Shown here: positions 21,651-35,310 of the stretch, one piece after another | How positions within the stretch are numbered: the first letter of the stretch is position 1 | How the letters are laid out: every line of letters begins with the position of its first letter | Assembly: GCA_973895155.1 (NCBI GenBank) | Contig: OZ316893.1 | Coordinates: forward strand, 21,312,955-21,376,954 | Reading direction: 5' to 3' | DNA: 64,000 nucleotides | DNA from: Marsupella aquatica | Taxonomy: Eukaryota; Plantae; Marchantiophyta | The notes under the pieces: generated by a model | Database searches by the model: none | Seen by the model: the letters and a program-made list of their open reading frames with translations, nothing else | What the model was told of the DNA's origin: nothing | Translations under genes and position numbers: made by a program

Positions 21651-22856
21651 GGCTGCAGATTGCTTGATGTCCCGTTGATTGGAGCATAAAAGTTTATAAG
21701 CGCTGGATCAAATCGTTGGATGACGAGGTAATCGCCGAATAGAAATAATTCTCGTGAAGGTGGTGGTGGTGACACTCCTGTCTTCAACCGACCTGGTGGA
21801 CCAAATGATCATCAAGAGTTTTCCAGCTGGCAGCTCCTCCTTGTGGAGGGAAGGTGAAATTCCATTTTCTTCTTAATCTCCTTCTCAAGCTATATGCTGC
21901 CGCAACAGCAGCAGCAGCGATCCAACAAAAGGGTCCGAGGTGGGTCAATTTGCTGCCTACTATCCTCCAATCGATGTGCTCACTGAAACAGGCCGGGCAC
22001 TGAGCCACACCACAGCAGATTACGGGCTTCTGAGAGTCCAAGTTCCGCACAACCCAAGGTCCAGCACGAACGAAGGGTCTTCAATCAACAGAAAATCATG
22101 AGGTCTGTTTTCTCCAAATTCCCCAGCTATGTGACTGCTAGCACCAATTCATCTCCCTTGGCCTCTCTGCGCACCCAATTGCCACTCCCCTTGCACTCGT
22201 CATCCATGCATCCATCCAAAAACCTGAGACAGAGAGAAAAACTAGAGGAGAGGAGAGGAGAGTCTCACAATCAGCCTAAACCCCAGAACGAGCTTTCAAA
22301 TGCAGGATCGAGTCCCATCCGAAGATGACGGCAACCGAACTAAATTCTGAACCCCAAAGATCCCAATCCGGTATCCCTACTACCCTGCAGAGTAGCGTCT
22401 ACTGACGGACGGTAAGGACGGCGATCGACAACGGCCGAGATCTACTTTTCTCCTGCTCTGTCTCGTGTCGTCCACTTTCCTGTCTCTCGCTCTCCAATCC
22501 TCTCCAGTCCACAGACCTCACATTGCAAAAATCCCGACTGAACCAGTGCCCGACGACTCTCATCTATAGAGTAACGAGCACTATGCCCGAGCTTTGCACG
22601 GTGAAATGAGGGCTGGCCAGAGAGCTGAGAGGCAAGAGAGGGCAAGTGGTAATCAAATCGAATGGATACAAAAATTTTCTAAAATATCTAACGGCCAGAT
22701 TTGATTCCTGCCAATTCTGTATTTCATAAGGGGACTAAAGACGAAAAAAGGTGGGATCACTTATTACAGTTGTAGAGATGATCTATGGGGTAATGACGGT
22801 TTGGTTGGGTTATTAGCAACCCTCTCACCAGAATGAGGAAATTTTGAGTTTTGTGG

Positions 22857-23080
22857 GAACAGGTTTAAGACTACAACCTCAGCCCAAACAGTCTTTATCA
22901 CACTTAGGACATTCCGGGGAAAAGGATTATAGGGTAGGACTTTGCTGGTAGGCGACAGCCGGGAAGCTTTTCTGAGCTTTGTGGGCTTTGTGTGAACAGG
23001 TTTCAAACTAGAACCTCAGCCCAAACAGTCTTTATCATACTTAGTATCTGTTTGGAAAAAAGATTATTGGGTAGGACTTT
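22857..23080. repeat. Imperfect direct duplication (~90 bp, period ~137 bp)
   Basis: GAACAGGTTT..ACTA.AACCTCAGCCCAAACAGTCTTTATCA.ACTTAG...GATTAT.GGGTAGGACTTT at ~22857 and ~22994. Confidence 0.8.
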
Positions 23081-23611
23081 CCGGGCAGAGAATTATGAAA
23101 ATAGTAGCACCTAGCTAGTAGAAAAGGTTACACACCACTAAAACTTAGGCCCCAACAAGGCTATGGACTGCATGAAAGTGGATGCGGGTTAGCTTCACCT
23201 TAGGTCATCGACTCTGGTTACTTGACAGATGGGAATGCAACTTTATTGAATATTTGGGTTTAAAGTAAAACAATACAGTCTGGGGAGCAATTTACTATAT
23301 AAGTTAGTTTTGGGGGCAAATATGTAGTAACCATCAATTTGGGGGGTAGTTTAGTGAGAAGCTATAAAGGGATAATGGCCGACCTTAACCCTATACCCAA
23401 TCTCACCGACGTTCTCCGATACTAATAAAACTCCGTCTGCCGTCGCCGTCACATCAAACAAGCGTGACTGCATGACGACAGTAGTCTGCACGATCTCTGA
23501 TTCCCCAGACTAGAGGAGTCTTCCGGAGGCGGCTCCAAACTTGCTCAGTACTGCAGTCAGTACCTTTACTACCTTGCTCGCTGACGACGAGCGACAGTGT
23601 AAATACGGACA

Positions 23612-23653
23612 GAAGGACGGGAGGAAGGACGGGAGGAAGGACGGGAGGAAGGA
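23612..23653. repeat. 12-bp minisatellite (GAAGGACGGGAG)x3.5
   Basis: Directly visible. Confidence 0.9.
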
Positions 23654-26600
23654 GATGACGAAGGACAGGTTAGGTCCGCCTCTGTCGTCATCGAAGGTTC
23701 TATGGTCCGTCCCTACTTGCCTCGTCATCGCTTGTCCCTCGCTGGCCCCGAGGGGCCTCCCTGTACCTTAATTAACGCCCTTGGTGATCTCAGATTAAAC
23801 GCACTTAAGAAAATTAGGCAGCTAATTTAAACGATTTTGTTTTCCTTTTCGACAGATTGCGAATGTCGTCTTGTGATGATGGATCCTATGAATCGTACTT
23901 ATCTGATTTTCCTACATTAATTTCTGGCAGATCTCCCTAAGTTTAATTTAAAGAATGTCAGTTAGATCTTGCTATTCAGGTCCGTGGAAACTGGCTGATG
24001 GATGACAGCAAGTCTAGCAATTTTTTTCTTCCAAAAGTGGCAAATATCGTTTAGAAAAGTGGATTCTTAGCCAATATTTGCCCACTAAAAAAATGCAGGA
24101 CCAGCGTTTTTCCACCTCAAACTATTGCTGGTTACTTTAACAATGAAAGGCATTAAATACGATTTTTTTTCAATAACATTGGCAAATTGGACTTCAATTT
24201 GAAACTTGCCACCACTCCTGAGGGGTGAGGGCACAAAATAGCCACCCTGTCCTCTTTCCTAAGGGGCGAGGAAACCCTTGCTCGCCATAACTTGACCTTG
24301 GAAAGCGGAGAGGTTGCCAGTCTTCCCAAGGGATTGTTCCCTCTCGTCCTTAGTGCTCCTTACCTGACATAATTAGGGCTTTACTGTGGTAGGACAGGGG
24401 ACTGGTGGCACACTTCTTCTCCATAACATTGTAATGCAATTTGAGAAAATACCCAAAACCTACAACTGTTTATAACCTTTTGGAGACTCTCCAAATTCCT
24501 TTCTTGTTAGGCCCTCACAGAAATCAGGGTTGCTTTCCATTCACCCCAACTTTACCCCCCAAGAAGTGTACCATTAATAAGCCCTTGAAAAGATCACTGT
24601 AGTATATCATAAATATACATAAGATAATATTGTTTGGTTTTGGCGCTGTTGTGAAAATAGACTTGGACACTGTAACATGATCTTCTGTTTGGAAACCACA
24701 AATTTCCGTTTGAAGCACCTTGCAATCCTCCAATCCATCATATATAGAAGTTTTGCTCAATACATTCATTAATTATGCTCAGTCTGAGAAGATCATTGTA
24801 CTGGTCCCTGTAAATGCACATCAAAATAGAAGAACATATAGATGTTCAACATTGTTTCACACCATGATAAACTTTGTTATTTTATTTAAATCAATGAGAA
24901 CTTGTCATATATTATCACATTTTGACATGTGATTATCTACAAGGCACTTTACTTTGGTACCCGAGATTCCTTGTACATTGTGATTCCTTGTACCTTCTGA
25001 TTCCTACTATCTGATGTACCTTGTACCCACACTTTCTAAATTTGTGCAACTCTGGTCAGAATGAATAATTTTATTCGCAATTAATATTTTACGGAAGGGA
25101 AACACTTGTGCCAGTCTTTCTCCTACGCATGACTAGATTTGTATCTTTGAATATTTTGGACACAATAATGATTTCAAGTCCATTTCATCACACCTTCATG
25201 GCTAGCTCTCTGATGTGGGAGCGGGAGATCCTCAGTTCAAGCCTTGTAGAAGATCTAACGCTTGTAGTTTTGTAATAACGATTCCCCCTCTACCAAATCA
25301 GTTAAATGAAATTTTTAATTAAAACATTTAAAGGGGTCATTGAAAGCGAGATTGAAAGTGGGCTTTCCTTGGAAAGTAAAAGAGGGCCTTCCTAATTTTG
25401 AATGGGGGAAAAAATTTAGCCCTCATAAAGTAAATAAAAAAATTAAATATCACTGAAAAAATAGGGCATTTGGTCAAGCTAATGGCATACAGTAGTTAGC
25501 TGGCATGTTGGAACTTCCTATTAGATGTTGTTTGGTAAGATGGGTTGATCACGCAGAATCAAATGGAAATTAATATAAAAAATAAAACAAAAAAATGGGC
25601 ATTCTAAGCAAGTCGATGGAATTGCCATATAGTATAGGAGTGAGTGACAAACAAGCCGGACTAATTTATTCATGAGAGAATAACCGGCAGAAGAGTGTCA
25701 GAATGAACTCAAATTCTGATGATTCTTCCCCAGTTTACTTAATTTGTGCAAAGTCTCTTTGATTGCATGGAATGATCTTTAGATTTCCCTCATGGAAGTA
25801 AGAATCATCAAATTCAAAACGGAAAACACCTGATTATCCTATATTCCATCAACAGAATCCCCGAGTTGTGTTGGGTGCGGTACGCATGATATAAGCAAGC
25901 TATGAAGGTGTGATGCAATGGACTTGAGATCATAATTGACGTTCTCAAACAACCGTCCTTCAAAACACTGGCGACATACATTCCAGACCAAACTGCAAGT
26001 AGCTCCAGTGCACGACCCACATTCCTCAACTTAGCACCGACGGGCCTCAAAAGGAACTACCAAATGTATATTACAAAGGATACAAGGACACCTTCCATAA
26101 GTGGGCTTTCGAACAAACTATCCACTCTACCTTGTACATACCAAACAAGAGACTCACAGGAGGAAAGTGTCTACACCAAATGATGTATGGGATACATTTC
26201 CTAGGGTGATGATAAATGTAAAAACTTTGGCCCTTTTAAGACATGTTTCTCTACCATCTCCAAGGGTACAATCATCTTCGTTAGTAATTGAGAATTGTGC
26301 CTAAGGCAAGTCTGAATCTCCATTCATTTCATCTCGAAAATTCCTAAAACTCATCAGGCGCCAGAGGTACTTTGCTCCGTACATCTTAGCAGCATTGGCA
26401 AACAAATCTTAAAATGTCTTCACTTCAGACCCATACCTCAAAAGTACGGATATTCAAGTGTCAGAACATTCTGCTGATTACTGCCATTGAGCAAGCCTGA
26501 AACAGGCACCCACTCGAAGTAAATACTCGAGAGGTATCTGACACTTGCAAACTGCGGTTGCACCGAGACGAATTGACTATGCTACCAGTCGTAAATTCCT

Positions 26601-26816
26601 GTTTGCATTTTTCTACCATAAAAAGCTATCGTCAGGATTTGTGGCAGTGCACTTGAAGATTATCAATTCAGGAGTCACTTTCTTCTGGGTTTTTGCTTCT
26701 CTCTGCGAGATGCAAATCCATTCATGGTCAAAAACTCTTTCAATTATGTGCCAGATGAGAAGGACATCTCTGGCAGATACCTTATTGTAGTTGGTCCTAT
26801 ATACAGTAATCACTAA

Positions 26817-26862
26817 TTACTAACTACTACTAACTACTAACTACTACTACTACTACTACTAG
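26817..26862. repeat. (CTA/TAA)-type microsatellite
   Basis: TTACTAACTACTACTAACTACTAACTACTACTACTACTACTACTA run. Confidence 0.85.
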
Positions 26863-27432
26863 TAATACAGGTCATATGAAATCAGCAGCATCCACCATCA
26901 TCGTAATAAATAGCACAGAACCACCATAACAGGTTACAACCCCATGGCCCCTTGATGCCTTGCAAACAGTATGCGCAACTCGACCATGACTACTCTCAGG
27001 TGGCTCCTATCCCCACAACTCGCAACTTCTTTTGATTGATCGCAGTCCACTAAAGCAAATTCTAATTGAAATGCCAATGGCAATCACTGGTGCTGCAGCC
27101 AGATGTAAGAGACTCAATTCTCAGTGCTTTGGAACATTTGTTCCAGTGCGAGTAATGCGGTGAAGTGGATAAATGATTGTCATATTCAGTTCCGGTGGGA
27201 AAAAATGATCCAATATGTACATTGTAGGCCGCAACCACTTGAAGATGTACTCACTCAACTGTTTGCATGCATGCAATGAGCACCAAATACACAGAAACTC
27301 CTGTGCCCCTGGCTGCGATGACCTTGGACAGTTGTAACACCTATAAACAGTAAGATTTTTGGATTATTTAACATTATTAGTACTGCATCCAGCAAGGCAT
27401 CATTACAGGACACTGTCGGTTGAGGTTAGAGA

Positions 27433-30400
27433 CTACATAATGGTACACTTCTCTTTGGCCTTCTCCTGCTTTGGTGGCGGTACACTATTCCGTGGGGGTC
27501 CCTGCAGTCCAAAGAGCAAAATTGTCTTCAAATATAGCCTCAAGAATCGAATTTTCTCAGGCAGTGAGGATACCGCAGTAGACAATTCACACTCGTATAT
27601 TTCAATTCACTCCGAAACCACCGCAATGAGCGACTCGATAATTCACTGTCCCATTGTCGAGTCACTTAATAAAAAGAAGTGTATTTTTCCATCAGAACGT
27701 CACTTCCATATACAAGGAAGCATGTGGTTCCTTTGTTTTCTATCTCTCTAGTCTGGCTTCATCGTAATGGGTACGCACCCGCAGCTTCCACATATCAAAT
27801 ATGCAGCTGCGGGTGCATATCCGTTGTTTATGAAGCCAGACTCCAGAAATAGAAAGCAAGGAACGACAGCATAGAAAAAGAATAGACTTAAAACCAGGCA
27901 AAGTTATACTTACAGTGACTAGGCGACCGGCACCTAGTGTTGAAGCTTTAGTACTTGCTTGGCTTGAACGAGGAGCCGAAGATTGAGGCCGTGCCTGTTG
28001 TTGTTGTTGTTGCTGCTGCTGTTGTTGTTGTTGCTGCTGCTGCTGCTGCTGTTGTTGTGAAAGCTCCTGCTGCTGAAGCGCCATAGCTAGCTCCAAGTCA
28101 GAGCTGTCCGAAGAGAGAATAGTGAAAAGTGTCAAGATGATGTATTTCTTATTTACTGCAAAAGTGAGGACATTATTTATAACTGCTTTCACTAGAGACA
28201 TTCAGAAAGAACCAGTGGTTGCAGCCATAGAACAAGGCTTCGTGGATCCAAAGGTCACATTGTCACGCTAGTTTCCTTGATCAACAGCATCATTTGACAT
28301 GGCGACGCACATCCCTAGCCAGGAAGGATAATTGAACCTGGAACTCTTTCTTCCACATGGAGCCCAGTACTAAAAATTCAATTTGCTGGCACCGTGACAC
28401 TGAATAACATGTTGGCAAACAGCTTACTTGTAACTTGTTCCTTCAGTACTTCCACTAGGCACCTGTTGTGATGATAAGAAATCCTGGAAGCCACATACCA
28501 AAATAAGGTCCATAGACTTGATAACCACAACATAGACTTACCATGCGGTTAGACATTTAGTAGGGATAATCAGGTAGTGCCCACCCAGGGATTGTCCAAC
28601 TAGCAGGAGAATCTGGGACGCAAATCAAGGTTGCCGATCAAATCCAGGAAGATCCAAGTCACAACCGTTCTAGACTGTGCACAGCCGTGAACAACTGGAT
28701 TTGACATCCTGAAGTTGCTACTTCAAAAAGCGCGCCCAACTCAAGCCCCATAAAGCATCAGCGAGAGCATCGTGCTGCAAAAGAGCTGCCTATATTTGCA
28801 TTACACTAGAAACTTACCGCAGTTGCAGCCACTGCTTCCCGTTCATTCCACGTTCCACTGCTTTCCTCCACTTTAAATTGCTGAAAGGTCCCAGTAGCGA
28901 ACACTGTGTCTCCATCCACCTGGAAACCAAGAACGCAATAGGAGCTTCAATCACAGCAAACGATCATCCACGAAAAACGTTCCTGGACAACCAAGTTACG
29001 ACTTGAGTTGGGAACCCAGGATCAAACCTAAAGATTTGACAAATTCATTGAAAACATTTGCGTAGAGACAACACATACCTATTTTGGACAGCTTCGTCGA
29101 GAAGAAGAAAATTTAACGAAATGCTTCAAGTCAGATACGAAAAAGAGCTACAAAAGTATCAAAGTCATTGCGTAGTAAGAGTTGTTTGTTCCTAGATGAT
29201 CTTCAAATACCTCAGTTAGCTTCTCCCAGACAAGATCAGGTTGAGACAAATAGCCCTGGTCTGTTGCCAAAAGGTAGATTTGCCCATTATACTGCATGCA
29301 ACCAAAATCAACGAGCCTGTTTGATGAGTGGCTGGGGTAGGACCTACAATCAAGTCCATGGGATAATGACATTCACGCTACATCAGAACCACCATCACGG
29401 AAGGAAAGCCTTGCTCTAAAACCTATGAGATATGCAGGACGAGCTGTCACCTTGAAGAGCGTACTGAAATGATTATTTCTGAAGAAAACATATAATTCGT
29501 TGTTCGTCAGCCCATCCTGCAAGCTGAAGAGCCTGCACCACAAACCCAAACTGCTAAGTAGACAGACATTTAACTATTAACTGACGACAATCAGACAACG
29601 AACATCAAGGACCTCTTGACTGAGGATGCAACTGGCCAGAGTTCCTTGACTGTCATGATACACAAAATACGAAGATGAAAGCAAACATTGAGAGAATCAT
29701 ACCCATGATAAGTTAGTTGACTAGCTGTACTGCTCAAGAAGTTCTCAATTATCAACCCTGCAAAATCATATTTCATCTGATTAGCTTTCTCATTCGATGA
29801 GGATGACACTAACACATCACCAGTCGCTCCTTTCTTATGTGAGAGGAGACCCTGGATTTTCGTTTCTATTGTTTCACCACAAACTATGTCTCACTTGTAC
29901 AATGATAAAGTGAACACTTCTTCCTAGTTCTATTCTAAACAATATGAGAGATAGGGCTGTCCTCTTTGCATCTGTAAGCCAATGTAAAACCATTCATCAC
30001 AGATGCAAACCAGAGAGAAGTGCAAACTTGTTACTTAGAACGATCCCTTCTGCTTCAATGAACTCCTGATAGCTCAAACTGTGTCCCTGAATTACCAGCA
30101 CTCTCTATATCAAAGTGTATTTGAATGATACCAATCCAGCGTCCCAACAATGTCACCGACTTGTTCTTTATCTTGAGCAAGAACCTAGCTTCGCTTACCT
30201 TCTGTCATAGCAACACTTCGCTTCTCATCCTCCAAATCTTGATTTTCTTGATTTCCACTCCCATGTCCAGAGACTTGACTTTCTGCTAACACTGCTGAGA
30301 CATCCTCTCCTTCATACAGGGGTTCTTTTTCTGCAACACTCATCATCCCAGATTCAACTAACCTCTGCTCCCCTTCATACAGAGGCTCATCATCATCCAA

Positions 30401-33400
30401 CACCGAACTTACGCAATCTTCTGCTTCTTCTGAAAGACGCCCAGAACCTGTACCACTGGAAAGCTTATCGTCCTTTGAAGGGACATGTTCAAACGATGAT
30501 CCTATGCTTCCCGAAGTTGATAGATTCTGATCCTCAACGTCCCGGGAACTAACATCGAGTGGATCCACAGGTGTCTTCACTTCTTCACCAACTTTAAAGA
30601 TTGACTCACTGTCTTCATTTCCGATTGTATCTGACGCACTATCGCAGTTCCTCATGGAAGGGCTTTCCAATCGACCACTAGAGGAACCAACAGAACCTTC
30701 CTCTATTATCCCCAAGGACTGTTTTCCAGAAGTATCTTCTACGACAACAGCAGGTTTCAACCACATTCTGAGAGAGGGAGATTCACCAGAGACTTCCTGA
30801 GAGACTTCTCTCGCAGGCTCGGCGGCTGTGAAAACAAAGTCCTGCCGTAGAACGTCTTCCCCAACAAGTGGAGAATGATCCTCTTTTTGAACATGTACGA
30901 TTGAAGCTATCAGGAGGCCGGGGACGCTCGTGCCCTCATCCACCGGCTCAACTTTAACAGGTTCCCTTTCAGTTTCTACTGACTCAGCTCCATCCTCATC
31001 GACATGCCCTGTAGATGCGAGCTTCCCATGCAGAATTCCATCTCCAACAACACGTATGCTCTCATCGCCAGAGGTGGTCGCCAACACGCCTTCATTATCA
31101 GTCTGGGAGAGTGCTAAAGCCTGTAAAAGTTCGGCTGCCTCTTCCTCATCTCCCTTCCTTCGTGCCTTGACAGCTGCTTCCTGGTTTAGAATCTCAAATT
31201 CTTCATCCGATATTATCTTCATGTGCGGTGTCGGAACACCTAAGGCAGCAATAGTAGCAGCTGCAAAATCCACCGGTTGTTCGTCCTCAAAGGCCGCACT
31301 TCGCGAAGCTTGTTCTGCTTTAAAGGCATGAAGAGCTACAAGTTTTTCCACCAATGTGTTGTAAGAGTTTGATCCAATAACTTTGAAGGTGACATCATCC
31401 TGACCAAAGGAACAAACACACGATACTTCAGGTCAATCTACTCGCAAAACCTCTTCAGCACTCCAGAGGAAACTTGGCAATTGGCACAACAACGAACAGA
31501 AACTAAGTCATTCCTCTTATCCTATGCAAAGGTTCCTCTTGAAAATCAACAGTTTGTTTCTACGAAACTTATGCAAGGACCAAAAGCCTCTGCTTACTGA
31601 CAAGATTCTCACGTGGAGAATTGAACTTGATCAGAGAAAATGGCAGAACTTACAAATTGTCCAATGAATAAGTAATAATTGTATCATATGGAGAAGCATG
31701 CCAAGAAAGGAACGGGTTCAGTTCTCTCGAGGCCATAAGCAATGACCTCCCAGAAGTCTAAAAGCATGTAATACTTAGAGAAAAATCATCAAGAGGACAT
31801 TGCACCTCGAGAGAATATACTAGGTCAACCCTTCCCAGAATATTTCAGGAAATAATGGCAACCTACTTATCTAATGCCGTTGGACAACACCACACGAAGG
31901 CCAGAATGTGAAATAAAATGTTAAGCCAAAATCTTGGCCCAAAGCAATCACAGAAAGATTGGTTCAGAGCCTACGCAGGGACCATCATCGCATGAGAACT
32001 CTTCCTGTCTTTTTCCATTACATATTTTCTTTTCAATTACAAGACGGGACTGGAAGTAAAGCTCATTTTGCAGTGTTTCCCCATGCAAAAACTTATGGCT
32101 GCACAATAGTCGCCTGGAGCACTCGCATGAAATACGCCTTTCACATACGGAGAGGACATGGGCACTCAAATATCAATACCTGAGGATCGCAAAGCCAGCC
32201 ATGTACAAGGCCAACATGAAAGAGATCGAAAATTGCACACTCCGGTGTAAACTCAAAGTCATGTATACTGCACACAGGAGACCTTTCGTGAGCTCAGAGA
32301 ACGTTGACCTTATCACAAGGCAGAGCCTCCAATCGTCACAAGAAATGCCATGCGTTATAATACGTTAATGCAGCATTAGGGTCTTCCATAAAACCAGGGC
32401 TGCGTTAAATTGCACCTGTTACATACACACACCAAACGCCAACTAATGAAAGCCTGTCTTCCTCACAGTCCCAAAGTGAAGCTGTGACTACCATGGACAA
32501 ACTACTGGACAGTTTTGGAAACATAGACCGTCTGACGAATAGACCACCTCTTCGTCAACCGCTTCACTAAAACGCACAATTGGGGACCCGGTGCGATGTC
32601 AGATATAGGGGAAAAGCCCCGTAATGAAGATTTGGGTCGAGGGGGAGGGGTGATGCGAACTGTCAGTACACGATCCATGGCACGTAGCTCTTGGCTTTAA
32701 GGTCTTTTTCAGTCATACAAGTGGAAAACTCTACGAATATATGAAATGATAAATGAGACCATGATCCAGGCTAAGAGGGATATGCAACCCCATATTTCCT
32801 TTTCTGCTATCCTTTTGACTTTTAACCACACTTTTAACCTGCTTCATAAATGGCTACTGCAGATCTAGTTCCCCTTGACTCAAGTGTAACAGATCAACTC
32901 AGTCCTCCTCGCTACGTCTGGGCATCCCTGTCAAACCTTAAGAGCGCTACAAAGAGAACGAATTCCAACCCCATCTCAAAAATTACACATTATGCCAGGA
33001 TAAGCTTGTTGTTAGCTAAGGACGAGGAACATGCCGCATAAACCTCAAAGAATAGGGTCAGTATCCTTACTGTCTAAAGCGCACATTGACATCAATTCCT
33101 GTGGCAAGGCGGGGAAGAAGCTGAATGGCATCTCCAATATTTTGTTGTTGATTCTTAATAAACTCATCATCTTTGTTCTGTATGAAAAAGTAACAGAAAC
33201 GAGTAGTCAGGCGGCAGAAATCTTATTCCTGGAGGTAACTAATTCCATAACCAGGAGGTCAGCTTGTAATAATCTAAAGAGCCGATACATGTACGCAAAA
33301 GACACCGAACAAGCTTAAATCCAATGTTATTCTTGAGCAAGATATGAGTGACATTCGGCCTAGTTCTTGACAGGTTGACTGCTCGTACACAGTGACAGAG

Positions 33401-33880
33401 ATGTAAGAAGACCAGGAGACCACATGTAGGTTTGTTGTAACAGGGCTTTGATGTCCTAATAGTTTTGGCACCAACCTGAGTATTACTGTTAGCATCAAGA
33501 AGCCACTCAGCAACGAGAGACATAAGCTCTCGCTGAGAAATTTCAACCATATCAGTACTCAGAGTAACGTTATTTCTTAGCAGCAGGACATTGCCTGCAG
33601 ACATTGGGAAGAGCATCAATTTCTGAGACCAGAATCAGATCCACGAACAGATCAACATTGTGCAAAAGGCAGGAAACTGCTCGTACCGAGGTGACTCAAG
33701 CAACTGAAATTCATGAACCTCAATCAACATAGGAAAAGTAAGGCAAATACTGATGGCTAGGAGGGGACAAGGTCCATTGTCGTTCTGAAGGATGATGGGC
33801 ACCGAACGATCCAGGAATTGGACAACCTTCATCTTGTAAACAACATTGGATCCATCACGCTCTTCCTCTTCTGAAGCCAT
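27433..33880 (-). CDS. MINDY: MINDY-1/2 family (DUF544) deubiquitinase, ~759 aa, with ubiquitin-binding motifs, poly-Q and C-terminal CaaX (CTIM)
   Basis: Twelve phase-consistent exons: 33880-33751, 33594-33476, 33177-33071, 32267-32180, 31399-30199, 29757-29703, 29532-29451, 29291-29211, 28919-28818, 28483-28428, 28103-27914, 27501-27433. Catalytic motifs QNDNGPCPLLAI and FFRNNHFSTLFK; also TGIDVNVRF, LVHGWLCDPQ, LLATDQGY, SDLELAMALQQQE; ends KEKCTIM*. Confidence 0.95.
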
Positions 33881-35162
33881 TTGGAAACCTATAATTTAAG
33901 CAAAATGGCAGATCAGAGTATTCAGAGTAGGGTCTACCGATGTCAAAACTTTCGAATTGTGCATCTGCGTACGGCTCACAGAACAGTATTATCGATCTAT
34001 AGTCACTTTTGACAACGGATGAAGTAACGATTACAAGATTGCGATCAATATTCCGCACATATAACTTCTACGGAGTGCTGCTTAACGGAAATACGACGAT
34101 GCACGATTAAGTTCCCAATTACAATTTCTAGACAATGCTGGACGTCTGCCATTCTTCTTACGGACATTCAATCCTGCCTTCCAGAACTGGAAGCGTAGCA
34201 AATTTTGTGGGAGACCCTACACCACCTCACCTATCCACCACGTAAGACGACAAACAGTGCATTGACCTACTCCTCGCACTACCTCACTACCTATTCAGAA
34301 CAAAGACTCTCTGTCGAAAGGAAAAGCGAGCTGTATCGTAATTAATCTACAAGGAATCACAAGCGATCACACTCAGCTGATGTCCGATACCACAGCAGCT
34401 GAGAAAGACGAAGGAGCTCACGAACAAAAAAAGTCCGCAGGCAGGCCAGAAAGATGCTCGTCGTCCGAAATAAACGGAACCCTATCCCGAGAAGCCTCAA
34501 CAATTTGACACATTGCGAGATTCATCACACCCGTTCCCCATATTACAGAGGCTTTTGAACCGAGACACAAACAATCGGAGCCTAACTTCGCACCAACCTG
34601 AACTGCAGGCTGACGAGTCCCACGCTAGAAGATCCTTGAGCGTTCCTTTCCTCGTACTTGTCGTCGTCTTCGCCGTCGCTCTTCTTCTCCTCCTCCTCCT
34701 TGATCTCTCCCACCGGAGCCGGCCGCAAACCCTAGACTTGAAAATTGGCCGAAACAAAACATCATCCACCGAGCATTACGACCTCACGTTCAAATCACCG
34801 CATGCCTCTCTCCCTCTCTCTCTCTCTCGTTGTTTCTCAGGCTGCCTCTCTTCGCTCTCGCCTCCACTTTCCCGAGATAAACTGACGCATCGATCGATAG
34901 TGCTGCTGCTGCTGCTGGTGATGATGCTACATCTCCTCTTCTCCTTCTGCTTCTCCTTCTGCTTCTCCTTCTCCTTCTCCTCGTCCTTTCCACTCAACTC
35001 CACTCCACGCAAAGGTGTCCAAATGCCGCAAACAAAATCTGGTGATGGGCAGCGAATCGAGCAGATCTTCCGTGCGCCTTCGCCGATCCAAACGAATCAC
35101 TCCCATCAATAACAAGATACACACACATCATTGGAATCTTTCCCTCTCTTCTCACTCACAAT

Positions 35163-35166
<4 letters not shown>

Positions 35167-35204
<38 letters not shown>
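35167..35204. repeat. (CT)n/(GA)n microsatellite in the likely promoter or 5' leader of the MINDY gene
   Basis: About 19 CT units. Further CT-rich tracts at 34800-34990 are consistent with a non-coding 5' exon. Confidence 0.9.
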
Positions 35205-35208
<4 letters not shown>

Positions 35209-35310
35209 CGGTCTTTCTCTTCCTCTGTGACTCTGATTTCCTCTCGTGCAATTTACTTCGGTAGACTTACCTTTTACCTCCAACTCCGTCGGCGGTAAAG
35301 AGAAGAGACG

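Noticed and set aside
34513-35230. Several ORFs of 65-199 aa
   Set aside because: They arise from CT/GA low-complexity tracts of the MINDY 5' leader.
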